Shown piece after piece: positions 41,088 through 50,698 of a DNA stretch of 64,000 bases. Where the stretch lies: positions 3,936,001 through 4,000,000 of the forward strand of contig OZ244621.1 in the NCBI GenBank assembly GCA_965218425.1, in the 5' to 3' direction. Within the stretch, counting starts at the first letter, position 1; each line of letters starts with the position of its first letter. A model generated the notes under the pieces. It was not told the DNA's origin. It made no database searches and saw nothing but the letters and a program-made list of their open reading frames with translations. The translations under genes were made by a program, and so were the position numbers. The DNA comes from an uncultured Candidatus Binatia bacterium (GTDB lineage: Bacteria; Desulfobacterota; Binatia; UBA9968; CAXXLF01).

Positions 41088-42217
41088 TTACCGTCGAGCT
41101 TTCTTAGCCTCCGCTAGTGCCTTATTAACAACCTTATAGACCGGTCTCATATCAGGGTTCCTATCCATCTCAATATAATCAACTCCATCTACCCATCTAA
41201 TTTCGGGCAGAACATTGTCTTTTGGAATATCCAATCTGCGGGACTCCGCATCTTGTACGCCCTTCAACACTCTCTGCAACTCCATCTGGCCGTCTCTGGA
41301 AAGAAGCCAGTTAATAAAGACTCTGGCCGCATTGGGATGGGAGGTATTCTTCATGAGCACCAGATTGCCAGAGTGAGAAGAAACTCCAGCTCCCTCTCCC
41401 CAATCTTTGGAATTAAAGGAATCCACTGGCAGTCCTTGTGCTTTAGCTTGATCAATTCGCGAACAGAAAAAACATAGGGGAAATTTTCCCACCGCTAGCC
41501 AATCGGCCCCCTGACGGGTTTCCCGGAACAGCGTGAGGTCCATCTGTCCGAATAGACGCCTTATAAACTTTGGCCCAAGCTTCGGATTGTAGTAAAAAAA
41601 AGCATATTCGCATTGCCTGGACCAGGTGTCCTGATGTCCCGAGCTTCTATTTTTCCCTTCCACTTGGGCTCCAAGAAGTCCCAATAGGAATCGAACTCCT
41701 TCGGATTGACAAGATTGACGTTAAAATGAGCGCTTCCCGAGGAAACCGCACTCAAATAATTAAAAATATGTTTTCTCTCAGGATCAGAAAAAAAGTGACC
41801 CCTACGCCATTTGGATTTGTCCGTTACCTCCGGCAGGATTAAAGCGGGCTTGATGGTATTCAGCGCCTTGGCTTTATAAAGACTGTTGGTGGACCTCACG
41901 CCCGCACTGTAGACGTTAGGAATGTTCTTTCCGGCACGTCGCTCCGCTAAAATACGCTGGGTGATATGACGGGTTTGGCCGGCGACTGAGACGATCTTGA
42001 TATCTGGATACTGCTTCCGAAAGGCACGAAGAACCGCATCGTAGCCGACCTTCATGTAAACTGTAACCTGGCCTTCCATTTTTGCCGCTGATAAGGTTTT
42101 CTCCCATTCAGTCTTCCAGTTGGCCCGAGTCACCGTGCTTAGTCCCCGCAAAGCTACAATTAAAGTGAGACACCTCACCACGCTCACTTGGAAAGCAACC
42201 TTGCGAAGGGGGCGCAT
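41088..42217 (-). pseudogene. ABC solute-binding protein with a frameshift at A8 41594-41601 (close paralog of 33235-34362)
   Basis: ORFs 41561-42217 and 41088-41684 join at MLFF|YYNPKLG. Confidence 0.85.
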
Positions 42218-42302
42218 CTTTGACTACCTCCCATGCATCAAAATTTCTTTTGCAAAAGACGAGCCTTTGCGGAAAAATCCCTCGCCTGCCAGGTCACTAT
42301 TC

Positions 42303-43727
42303 TTATAACCACTCCGCCATCTTCCACTTATCCCATGATTCGGTGCGCGCCGCGTCGCTAAAAAGATTGACAGGCGGAAAATCCTTGAGGCGCTCAAACG
42401 GCCTGCAACCATTTATGATGAGACGTTTGTACGGCAATGGACCCCGCCGACCCCTGTCCTCTACAGTTCGAAGAGGATCGAGGAGCCAGCGGGTTTGCGT
42501 GACGCTTACCCGGAGCCCGTTGGTGGGATCGAAACGCGTCCCCACAGCCCAAAGGACGTCCAAGGGATCTTCCGGATTGATGTCGTCATCCACTAGGATA
42601 AACAGCCGATTGGGGCCCTGCATCTTGTCCAGCGCTTTGATGATGTGATCCACGTCGTCTCCCTCTTCCTGGTGAACGGAAATAACTGTGGCCCCCATCT
42701 TGACCAAGCCGGTCACGCGGCGAACCGGAAGCCCCTGCCGTTCCAACCGACTCCACATACCCGTGACAGAACTCATGGGAAGCGAGAAAGAGTAGGCGTC
42801 GACGTGAGGCTTGAGCGGGGACGCACCAAACAGAATAGGATCTGTACGATGATACATGGCCCTCACATGAATGACCGGTTCAGGGACGGAGCCACCCATG
42901 TAATAGCCGGTCCATTCCCCAAAGGGACCTTCAGGCCTTGCCTCTGATTCGGGTGGTGGTATTTCCCCCTCAATGGCGATCTCGGAGTGTGCCGAAATGG
43001 GTATGCCCGTGAGGGGCCCTTCGATGATGGGAATCGGCTCATCCAAAATGAATCCTGCATAGTCATATTCAGGCACGCGCTTGGGACAACCCGTAGAACC
43101 CGAAGCGGTAAGAAAGATGATGGGTTCTGGTCCCAGAGAGATAGCCACTGGGCATGGCTTACCCGCCCGCCAGTATTTTTCCATAATGGCCCTACCGTCA
43201 TTGGCGGGCTCACAGAAAAGACCCGTGGTGTAGCGGTCGTGGAGTTGCAGCCGGTAGCTGCCCAGATTGACCCAGCCGGTGTCGGGGTCCTTCACCATAA
43301 CGGCAAGACCCGTTCCGATGTAAGGGCCACCATCCAGTTCATGCCAGACGGGCACCGGTATTTTTAACAGATCCACTTCTTCCCCATTGAGGACATTTTC
43401 CATGAGCGGACCGTTGTCTACTTTCACCGGCGCAATTGGTTTATACGCGTCCCATCGCTTCTTGAAACGTGACATGGCTTCGGCTTCAGACAGCTCGGGG
43501 TCCATGCCGATGCCGAGGAGAGATCGTCTCCTGGTGCTGCACACGTTCGAAGCCACGCGGTAATTTGGCGAGTACCCCTCAAATTTGTCGAACAGGAGAG
43601 CTGGTCCCTGACGTTGAAACGCCAGTTCTGAAATCACGCCAACCTCAAATTTTAGATTGGCGCCACTAATCTTTCGAAGCTCTCCAATGGTCTCAAGTTT
43701 GTCGAGAAACGTTCGTAAATCGAGCAT
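42303..43727 (-). CDS. UbiD-family decarboxylase (close paralog of 20570-22012)
   Basis: NLGSYR, EGPFGEWTGYY, NLCSTRRRSL-like segment shared with the paralog. Confidence 0.92.
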   Translation of the reverse strand: MLDLRTFLDKLETIGELRKISGANLKFEVGVISELAFQRQGPALLFDKFEGYSPNYRVASNVCSTRRRSLLGIGMDPELSEAEAMSRFKKRWDAYKPIAPVKVDNGPLMENVLNGEEVDLLKIPVPVWHELDGGPYIGTGLAVMVKDPDTGWVNLGSYRLQLHDRYTTGLFCEPANDGRAIMEKYWRAGKPCPVAISLGPEPIIFLTASGSTGCPKRVPEYDYAGFILDEPIPIIEGPLTGIPISAHSEIAIEGEIPPPESEARPEGPFGEWTGYYMGGSVPEPVIHVRAMYHRTDPILFGASPLKPHVDAYSFSLPMSSVTGMWSRLERQGLPVRRVTGLVKMGATVISVHQEEGDDVDHIIKALDKMQGPNRLFILVDDDINPEDPLDVLWAVGTRFDPTNGLRVSVTQTRWLLDPLRTVEDRGRRGPLPYKRLIINGCRPFERLKDFPPVNLFSDAARTESWDKWKMAEWL

Positions 43728-43745
43728 GAACTTAACCCCCTTTGG

Positions 43746-44846
43746 TTAGCCTTTCTCACGTTGCTTTCGAGCAACGGCATCATCAAACATACGGCGAATT
43801 TCAGGATCCTCGTCCTCATATTCGATCTGTGTTCCTCCCTCTTTGGTCGATTTCGAGACCCCTTCTCTCGTGGCCGCTTTCCTCACACCAAAAGGGTACT
43901 TCGCACTTCCGTTACGTAATGCCAATTGCCGGACCGGCCCTGGTCCGATATTGAAATGCTGATGAAACCAGCCAGTGGGTGGACTGAAGACGCTACCCAC
44001 CTTCCAGTCCACTCTTTCTACCCGATCTCCTCTCCCATCAGAGAATGGATGGATTCCAAGCTCATTGGGCCACATCAAGCTGTAACCTTCGGAACGGAGA
44101 ATAACCAATATGGCTCCCCCTCCATGGTGATGGGCTTTGGCATAGCGCCCACTGGGGAAATCAGTGAAATGACCGATAAGGCTGTTTTCGCAGATCTCGA
44201 ACTGTATATTCTGGTAACCGGAACCGCGCCTTTCATTCTCAGGAAGCGAAAGCTCTTTGGTGTCGGGAATAAAATTGGTTTCCCAGATCCACCCTGAGCG
44301 GTAAACTGATTGCGTCCTACGGTCCAAGGAAAAATAGTCCGCTTGTCCGCCATACCGGTCGGTAAACTTAAAGTCACAGTCAAAAACAAACTCTTCATTG
44401 TGAAACAGGTCAAAAACCAGCGGGGCGGAGGTGGTGGCCATGAAAAATGCAGGTTTTTTTCCTGTATTGACCATTCGATACTGGACGTTCAAAGGAAGGG
44501 CGAAGAGACTCCCCTCCCTCCAGTTAATTCGATTGGCCGCCTCCCCTGGACCAAGAATTTCGGTCTTTCCGACTCCCTCCGTGACGTAGACGATCTGTTC
44601 AAAAAGATGCTTCATAGGTTTGGTGGACTCTCCAGGAGGAATCTCACCCGCATAGATACCGGTAATTCCTTCCATTCCCTTCAGGTGTATGAAAGTAGCC
44701 TCGCAACCCAACCTTTCCCAATACCGCAAAGGGTGCTTGCGTAGGTCCGTTACACCCAGTCCATCTATGATGGGTATCCTCTGGGCCTCCATCCAATTTT
44801 CGTAAGGAGTCAAGTTCTTGGGCCTTTTTTTCTGTTCGGCGCTCAT
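43746..44846 (-). CDS. Bicupin protein (same family as 31082-32182)
   Basis: KHLFE, ETNFIPD, AHHHGGGA...WFHQHFN. Confidence 0.8.
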   Translation of the reverse strand: MSAEQKKRPKNLTPYENWMEAQRIPIIDGLGVTDLRKHPLRYWERLGCEATFIHLKGMEGITGIYAGEIPPGESTKPMKHLFEQIVYVTEGVGKTEILGPGEAANRINWREGSLFALPLNVQYRMVNTGKKPAFFMATTSAPLVFDLFHNEEFVFDCDFKFTDRYGGQADYFSLDRRTQSVYRSGWIWETNFIPDTKELSLPENERRGSGYQNIQFEICENSLIGHFTDFPSGRYAKAHHHGGGAILVILRSEGYSLMWPNELGIHPFSDGRGDRVERVDWKVGSVFSPPTGWFHQHFNIGPGPVRQLALRNGSAKYPFGVRKAATREGVSKSTKEGGTQIEYEDEDPEIRRMFDDAVARKQREKG

Positions 44847-46081
44847 GGCTGATGGTCGCCCCTTTCAACCTCTAACGTCTTGCAGTAACTTTTCCAGTTT
44901 GTACCCTCTGGAATGACACCGTTAGTTCCAATGATGCTGGGAAACCGATTCTTGCCGGGATCTCTGACCACTCCCGGGGGATCATGTCCCTCCTGGACGT
45001 CTTGAATGGCTTTCAAGAGAACCTTCCTCGAGACCACGATGGGCGCGTCCGATGCCTCCATATGCTCTTGGGTCCTGTCCTGAATCGCACCCATGCCCTC
45101 TGTGGCGCACACATCCTGTATTTGGAAATTAACACCGATGCCGCTGTAACTCTCCGCCTTCATGGACGCGCGGTCCTGCATATACCGATTGGTCATATTT
45201 CGAACGGGCTTATAGTCATCGGTCATCTGGGAACGGCGCTCCTGAATCATTTTCATATCCAGGGGCTTTTCTCGATCGATGGTGAACGTATACTTCCAAT
45301 GATGAGTGTCATCCATAGGCACATGCCAGTTGGGGTATCCTCCAGGAACCACCGTAAAGTCCGGAAGAACGAAAGTAGCAACACGGATATAAGTTTTACC
45401 TGAATCCAGCTTGCGAATCCTGCCAATCCTCAGGCCCACGTCCACCAGTTCCGCTTCGCAGGTTTCCATACCCGGGAACGCACCCCTGCCGGACAACTCG
45501 GTTTGCCCTTCGGCCAAGTCCCTCTTGCTGTAATGTAAGAAAGGAACGTGAATGAGATCGATGTTTCCTTCGTTGCCCTGCAGGTAGTTACACTCGTGGT
45601 AAAGTTTGTTCACGGCCACCTGATTGTCAGGCAGTGTAAGAAAATCGTATTGGGGAAGTAGCGGCGGTTCTCCGGGTCCGAGATACGCAAAGATGACCCC
45701 GGCTTGCTCCTCGCAGGGATAGGCGGTGTGGCGGATGGAATCCTTATGTTCTCCTCCGCCAGGCTCTCCGGGCTGATCCAGGCACCGGCCCTGTCGGTCG
45801 TAGAGCCATCCGTGATAAATGCATCTCAACCCGCCATCCTCAACCCGGCCATAGCTCAGATCAGCACCCCTATGGGAGCAATGGATATCCAGCAATCCCG
45901 GACGCCCCTGATCATCACGGAAGAGCACGAGATCCTCCCCCAGCAACCTGACAGGTACAGGGGCTCCACCTTGAGGCAGCTCTTCGGACAGCGAAGCGGG
46001 CTGCCAATAGCGCCGCATGAGGGACCCGCAGGGTGTTCCAGGTCCCACCTGAGTCAGCAGATCGTTTTCTTCCTCTGTCAT
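44843..46081 (-). CDS. Rieske oxygenase, phthalate 4,5-dioxygenase-like (copy 4)
   Basis: CSH...CIYH; NEGNIDLIHVPFLH; QD. Confidence 0.92.
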   Translation of the reverse strand: MTEEENDLLTQVGPGTPCGSLMRRYWQPASLSEELPQGGAPVPVRLLGEDLVLFRDDQGRPGLLDIHCSHRGADLSYGRVEDGGLRCIYHGWLYDRQGRCLDQPGEPGGGEHKDSIRHTAYPCEEQAGVIFAYLGPGEPPLLPQYDFLTLPDNQVAVNKLYHECNYLQGNEGNIDLIHVPFLHYSKRDLAEGQTELSGRGAFPGMETCEAELVDVGLRIGRIRKLDSGKTYIRVATFVLPDFTVVPGGYPNWHVPMDDTHHWKYTFTIDREKPLDMKMIQERRSQMTDDYKPVRNMTNRYMQDRASMKAESYSGIGVNFQIQDVCATEGMGAIQDRTQEHMEASDAPIVVSRKVLLKAIQDVQEGHDPPGVVRDPGKNRFPSIIGTNGVIPEGTNWKSYCKTLEVERGDHQP

Positions 46082-46105
46082 CGCATCACGTGAGCGTCAA
46101 GGGAA

Positions 46106-46333
46106 TCATTCATCGTGGCGCGGCCGGCTATTTTCCTTAAGAATGCCAACCTCCGAAGCCCCGTGCACCACCAACCTACCCTCCTTTTTGGCAGCCTCCA
46201 CGGTCTCGGACCAACCTCCCGCCTGGGCGGATGCGAAGCCAGCCAAACTGACGCACAAGAAAACCAAAGAGATAACACCCAACCGCATCACCCGAGAGGC
46301 ATTCCAGGCGTTATTCATTGGCTTAAAGATCAT
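46106..46333 (-). pseudogene. Truncated SBP (signal peptide plus first helix only)
   Basis: ...ASAQAGGWSETVEAAKKEGRLVVHG, then stop at 75 aa. Confidence 0.75.
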
Positions 46334-46354
46334 GGTTCACCCTCTTTCGTACCC

Positions 46355-47812
46355 TTAATCGAATAGGTCTTTCCATTTTTTCATTATGTTCTCTCGGAAC
46401 TCGCGGCTATTGGCGCAAACGGGTGGAAAATCCTTGATCCATTCAAAGGGCCTGCAAGCATTGATCACAAGATTGTGAGCGTTGTAATGCTTTCTCCCCT
46501 CGTCCTTGTTCGGATCGGAACGCTCCTGCGGACGTAACCGAGGATCCAATTGCCAGACCGCCGTTCCAGGTATCACCCGAACCCCATGCTCCGGCAAACA
46601 CCTGCTGGCAATCGCCCAAAGAACCTCGTCGCTGTTTGAAACGTCGATATCGTCGTCCACTACGATCCAGGTTTGGTTTCCGTTGTACTGTTCGCCACCC
46701 GGAACGAGAAGCCGGATTACATCGCTGACATGCTCCGCATACATTTGCTTGATTGCCACCACATTCAGATGAGGCTTCGATAGGCCAAAGACCCTAGTCA
46801 CCCCCGGTATCGCTGCCCTATTCAGTTTTTCTATGGCCCGCATGTTGTCACCACCCAGGCTGGCAAAATACTCGCAGCCCACTGGCCGCGTAGGGGGCGC
46901 TCCAAAAATGACGGGGTCGTTACGGTGATAAATGGCCTTGACCTCGATGATAGTCTCCGGTCGCCTCCCGTGAGCATAGTAGCCTGTCCATTCACCAAAT
47001 GGACCTTCCGGCACAAGGGTATCCTGAGGCGATGGGATAAAACCTTCGATGGCTATCTCACCCCAGGCGGGCATTGGCAAACCGGTAAACTCCCCCTTGA
47101 TCACAGGATAAGGCGATTGATGAATGAATCCCGCCACCTCAAATTCGGAAACCCCTTGTGCAGCATAGTGGACTCTGGACCCGGAGAGCGAAGTGAGGAC
47201 CGGTTCTTGGCCCACGGATACCATGACCGGGCATTTCTCTCCCCGGTCCCAGTGCTTTCTCCGAATCATATCTCCATGCTTGCCATGCTCAATAAAAATC
47301 GCACAGGTTTTACGATCATGAACAGAAACACGGTAGGCGCCACAATTCACGAAGCCTGTGTCGGGATCTTTTTGAATGACACAAACGCCGGTGCCGATAT
47401 AACGGCCCCCGTCATTCTCGTGCCATTTGGGAGTGGGGAATTTGAACAGATCGATGTCGTCACCTTTGAGAACATTTTCGAGTATGGGGCCCGAGGTCAC
47501 CGTCTCCGGCGCCACCGGACGAAAGTTCCGCATCGTGGCTGCACTCCGTTCGGCCAATGCCTGTGGTGAGAGATCAGGGGGAAGCCCGAAGGCGATGGCC
47601 GTTCGTTTGGACGTATTGAATAGATTCGAAGCCACCCGATAGCCTTTGGGATAGCCCTTGATCTCGTCAAACAGCAGGGCCGACCCCCGCTTCTCTGTTA
47701 AAAGCTCCGTGATACCGCCGATGTCATCCTCCCAATCGGCCCCCACAACCTTTTTGAGTTCCTCCGCCTCCTCTAGTTTCTCCAAAAATTCACGCAGATC
47801 ATTCCACAGCAT
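46355..47812 (-). CDS. UbiD-family decarboxylase
   Basis: DLREFL, DGGRYIGT, NCGAYR, EGPFGEWTGYY. Confidence 0.92.
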   Translation of the reverse strand: MLWNDLREFLEKLEEAEELKKVVGADWEDDIGGITELLTEKRGSALLFDEIKGYPKGYRVASNLFNTSKRTAIAFGLPPDLSPQALAERSAATMRNFRPVAPETVTSGPILENVLKGDDIDLFKFPTPKWHENDGGRYIGTGVCVIQKDPDTGFVNCGAYRVSVHDRKTCAIFIEHGKHGDMIRRKHWDRGEKCPVMVSVGQEPVLTSLSGSRVHYAAQGVSEFEVAGFIHQSPYPVIKGEFTGLPMPAWGEIAIEGFIPSPQDTLVPEGPFGEWTGYYAHGRRPETIIEVKAIYHRNDPVIFGAPPTRPVGCEYFASLGGDNMRAIEKLNRAAIPGVTRVFGLSKPHLNVVAIKQMYAEHVSDVIRLLVPGGEQYNGNQTWIVVDDDIDVSNSDEVLWAIASRCLPEHGVRVIPGTAVWQLDPRLRPQERSDPNKDEGRKHYNAHNLVINACRPFEWIKDFPPVCANSREFRENIMKKWKDLFD

Positions 47813-47874
47813 TTTCAGTTTCCTTCTTTTGTGCGACCTTTTTGATTTCTATCCGTCCACGCTTCAAAACTGAT

Positions 47875-49173
47875 TCACCGGGCTGCCCTGGTATGCCATC
47901 CGGTCCCTTCCTGCTCCAGCTGATTGCAGTACTCTTTCCAATTCATGGAATCAGGCAGGACGCCATTGGTGGCTACAATCTCTGGAAATCGATTCGACTT
48001 CGGATCCCTGATCACATGGGCTGGGTCGCGCCCCTCCTTCACATCCTGTATGGCTTTTTGAATGACCTTACGGCACATAACAATGGGAGCGTCCGATACC
48101 ACGAGGTTCTCCTTGGTCCGATCTTGGACGATACCCGCCCCCTCAACGACGCATAGGTCCTGTGCGGCAAAATACTTCGGAGAGATGCCGCTATAAATGG
48201 TAGTTTTCATTGTCTCACGGTCCTGCAGATAGCGATTGGAATGATTGGCCACTGGCTTGTAGCCGGGAGCCAGCGCCAATTCGTTTCTCCGGTTCTCTCC
48301 CCGTCCGATGGCTTTCTCCCTGCTAAAGGCAATAATGTATTTCCAGTGATGAGTATCATCGATGGGGACATGCCAGTTCACTCCGCCACCGGGTATGACG
48401 GTAAAGTTCGGAAGCACAAATGTGGCGATCCGGATATATGTCCTACCCTCTCCCATGTCCCGTAGCTTGCAGATCCTGACTCCAAGGTCCAGCAATTGAG
48501 CATCGGTGGATTCCATGCCCGGATCCGGGCCCCTCCCCGTCAATGTTCCAGGGTTGCCGAATCGCTCCATGATCTGTTGGTACTCTTCGGGGTTCAACCT
48601 CTCCAGGTCTCTCTTGACAAAATGGACAAAGTTGTTGTGAATCAGGTCGATGTTGCCTTCGTTTCCCTGTAGGTAGTTGCATTCGGAGTAAAGCTTGTGG
48701 GCGGTTCGATGATCGTCGGGTACGTTAAAAAACTCATAGTTGGGAAGTAGAGGCGGGTCTCCGGGTCCCATGTAGGCAAAGACGATCCCTCCCCGCTCTT
48801 CGCAGGAGTAGGCAGGATGCCGAATAAAGCCTTTGTGTTCTCCCCCGCCGGGCTCACCTGGCTGATCGAGGCAGCGACCGTGAATGTCGTAGAGCCAGCC
48901 ATGGTAGATGCAACGCAACCCCCCGTCCTCCACACGGCCATAGCTCAAATCCGCCCCCCGGTGAGAGCAATGAATGCCTAATAATCCCGGCCGACCCTGA
49001 CCATCACGGAAAAGGACAAGATCTTCTCCCAGCAGCCGTACCGGTAAAGGAGCCCCCCCTTTAGGCAGTTCCTCCGAAAGGGCCGCCGGTTGCCAGTAGC
49101 GTCGCATGAGCTCCCCGCAGGGAGTCCCAGCTCCGGTCTGAGTCAGCAATTCATTCTCTTCTCTTGGAATCAC
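47875..49173 (-). CDS. Rieske oxygenase, phthalate 4,5-dioxygenase-like (copy 5; first gene of the array)
   Basis: GTG start after GGAGG; CSH...CIYH; NEGNIDLIHNNFVH; AQD. Confidence 0.92.
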   Translation of the reverse strand: MIPREENELLTQTGAGTPCGELMRRYWQPAALSEELPKGGAPLPVRLLGEDLVLFRDGQGRPGLLGIHCSHRGADLSYGRVEDGGLRCIYHGWLYDIHGRCLDQPGEPGGGEHKGFIRHPAYSCEERGGIVFAYMGPGDPPLLPNYEFFNVPDDHRTAHKLYSECNYLQGNEGNIDLIHNNFVHFVKRDLERLNPEEYQQIMERFGNPGTLTGRGPDPGMESTDAQLLDLGVRICKLRDMGEGRTYIRIATFVLPNFTVIPGGGVNWHVPIDDTHHWKYIIAFSREKAIGRGENRRNELALAPGYKPVANHSNRYLQDRETMKTTIYSGISPKYFAAQDLCVVEGAGIVQDRTKENLVVSDAPIVMCRKVIQKAIQDVKEGRDPAHVIRDPKSNRFPEIVATNGVLPDSMNWKEYCNQLEQEGTGWHTRAAR

Positions 49174-49218
49174 TTCGTTGTACCTCCAAACTTGATCCCG
49201 ACGTTCCTCTCTAGGGAT

Positions 49219-49247
49219 TCAGTAGCTTGAGTAAACAGAAAAAGCAA
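49219..49247 (-). promoter_or_regulatory. Candidate promoter for the Rieske/UbiD array
   Basis: TTGCTT-N17-TACTGA; weak match to sigma70. Confidence 0.2.
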
Positions 49248-49485
49248 CTTCCAAATAGGCGGGGGGGAGGGACAGCATTTGCGCCCCGGCTAAGCCTCGC
49301 TACTTATAGCGAAAAAGGAAGACCAGGACACGAGTTCCAAGGGGGCCTCGAGGCATGAGGCAAGGTATTTGTGGCCGGGACCGCTGAAGGTTATTGCCGC
49401 GTGGCGGGCGTTATCGCTGCTCAGTGGACAGCTTAACTCGTAGCAGGGGTCACCTTGAAGCGACCCGGGTTTCACGGACAGTTAA

Positions 49486-50304
49486 TTAAGCCACACGTTT
49501 GATCGAGTCATATGCCATTGGGGTGTGGTATCCCAACGACTCATGCTTTCTTCTTCGGTTATAAAACAGTTCAATGTAGTCGAAGATATCCGACCTAGCG
49601 TCCTGCCTCGTCTTATAATCCTGATGGTGTACAAGTTCATTCTTTAGTGAGCTGAACAAACTCTCGACCACTGCATTGTCGTAGCAATTCCCTTTGCGGC
49701 TCATGCTGCGCACCACCCCATGGCGTTTGAGCAACTCAACGTAGTGATTGCTAGCGTATTGGATTCCTTGGTCGCTATGGTGAATCAGCCCCGCCATAGG
49801 CTGGCGCTGTTCGATAGCCATCAGTAAAGCTTCACTGACCAACTCCTGTGTGGGACGTTGCTTCATTGACCATCCCACCACCAGCCGAGAGTAAAGGTCC
49901 ACCACTACCGCCAGGTATAACCACCCAGATCGGGTACCAATGAAGGTAATATCGGCCATCCATACCTGGTCGGGGCCTGACGCTTCGAAGCGTTGACGCA
50001 ACAAGTTCGGTGCCGGTGGCGCACTGTGACGAGCCTTGTAGGCCAATCGAAACCTTTGCACCCGACGCGTCTCTATCCCCACTAAACTCCTCAGCCTCGC
50101 CACCCCATGCTTCCCACATGTCACCCCCGCCTCCTTCAGCGTCAGCCATGTCTTGACTGCCCCGTACGCTTCCTTGTAGCTCTCGTGCACCTTGCGGATC
50201 TCTTTGATCACAACCTTATCCTGTGCTCTACGCCGAGACTCCCCTCGACCGCTCCAGTCGTAGTACCCACTACGACTGACCTCTAATACCTCGCACATCC
50301 TCAC
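49486..50304 (-). CDS. IS3 transposase OrfB (DDE integrase core)
   Basis: W..DITFI, HHSDQG.QY, GNCYDNAVVES, YNRRR.H. Confidence 0.92.
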   Translation of the reverse strand: MRMCEVLEVSRSGYYDWSGRGESRRRAQDKVVIKEIRKVHESYKEAYGAVKTWLTLKEAGVTCGKHGVARLRSLVGIETRRVQRFRLAYKARHSAPPAPNLLRQRFEASGPDQVWMADITFIGTRSGWLYLAVVVDLYSRLVVGWSMKQRPTQELVSEALLMAIEQRQPMAGLIHHSDQGIQYASNHYVELLKRHGVVRSMSRKGNCYDNAVVESLFSSLKNELVHHQDYKTRQDARSDIFDYIELFYNRRRKHESLGYHTPMAYDSIKRVA

Positions 50305-50345
50305 TACCCTAAACTCTGTCCTGTGAGCTCGTATAAACGCGTACT

Positions 50346-50636
50346 TTACTTGAGCTCCTTGGCAAAGTACGCTGCGGCCTTTTTTAATATATCTCGTTGT
50401 TCCGTTACCCGCTCCAGCTCTCGCCTTAACCGTGCTACCTCATCGTTGTCTCTACCTCGACCTGTGCCGGGAAACGCAGCCGCCCCTTTCCTCGTCACTT
50501 GCTCCTGCCACTTGTACAGTCGATTGCGAGGTACTCCCAGTTCCCGTGCAATCTCCGCTGCTGGCCGAGCGCCCGCCTCCAGCAGTCGAACAGCTTCCAA
50601 CTTAAACTCTTGGGTGAAACGCCTTCGCTTGCCCAT
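50346..50636 (-). CDS. IS3 transposase OrfA
   Basis: RRFTQEFKLEAV HTH; ILKKAAAYFAKE with A-AAA-AAG frameshift site. Confidence 0.92.
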   Translation of the reverse strand: MGKRRRFTQEFKLEAVRLLEAGARPAAEIARELGVPRNRLYKWQEQVTRKGAAAFPGTGRGRDNDEVARLRRELERVTEQRDILKKAAAYFAKELK

Positions 50637-50698
50637 CGAACACCTCCTGCGGGGATCTTGTCCCCTTTTTAGGTGTCCGTCAAACCTGGGCTACCTCA

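Larger units (their letters stand above)
49456..50698 (-). mobile_element. IS3-family insertion sequence (1243 bp)
   Basis: 25-bp IRs tgaagcgacccgggtttcacggaca / tgaggtagcccaggtttgacggaca (TG...CA ends); 3-bp direct repeat CCT. Confidence 0.93.
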
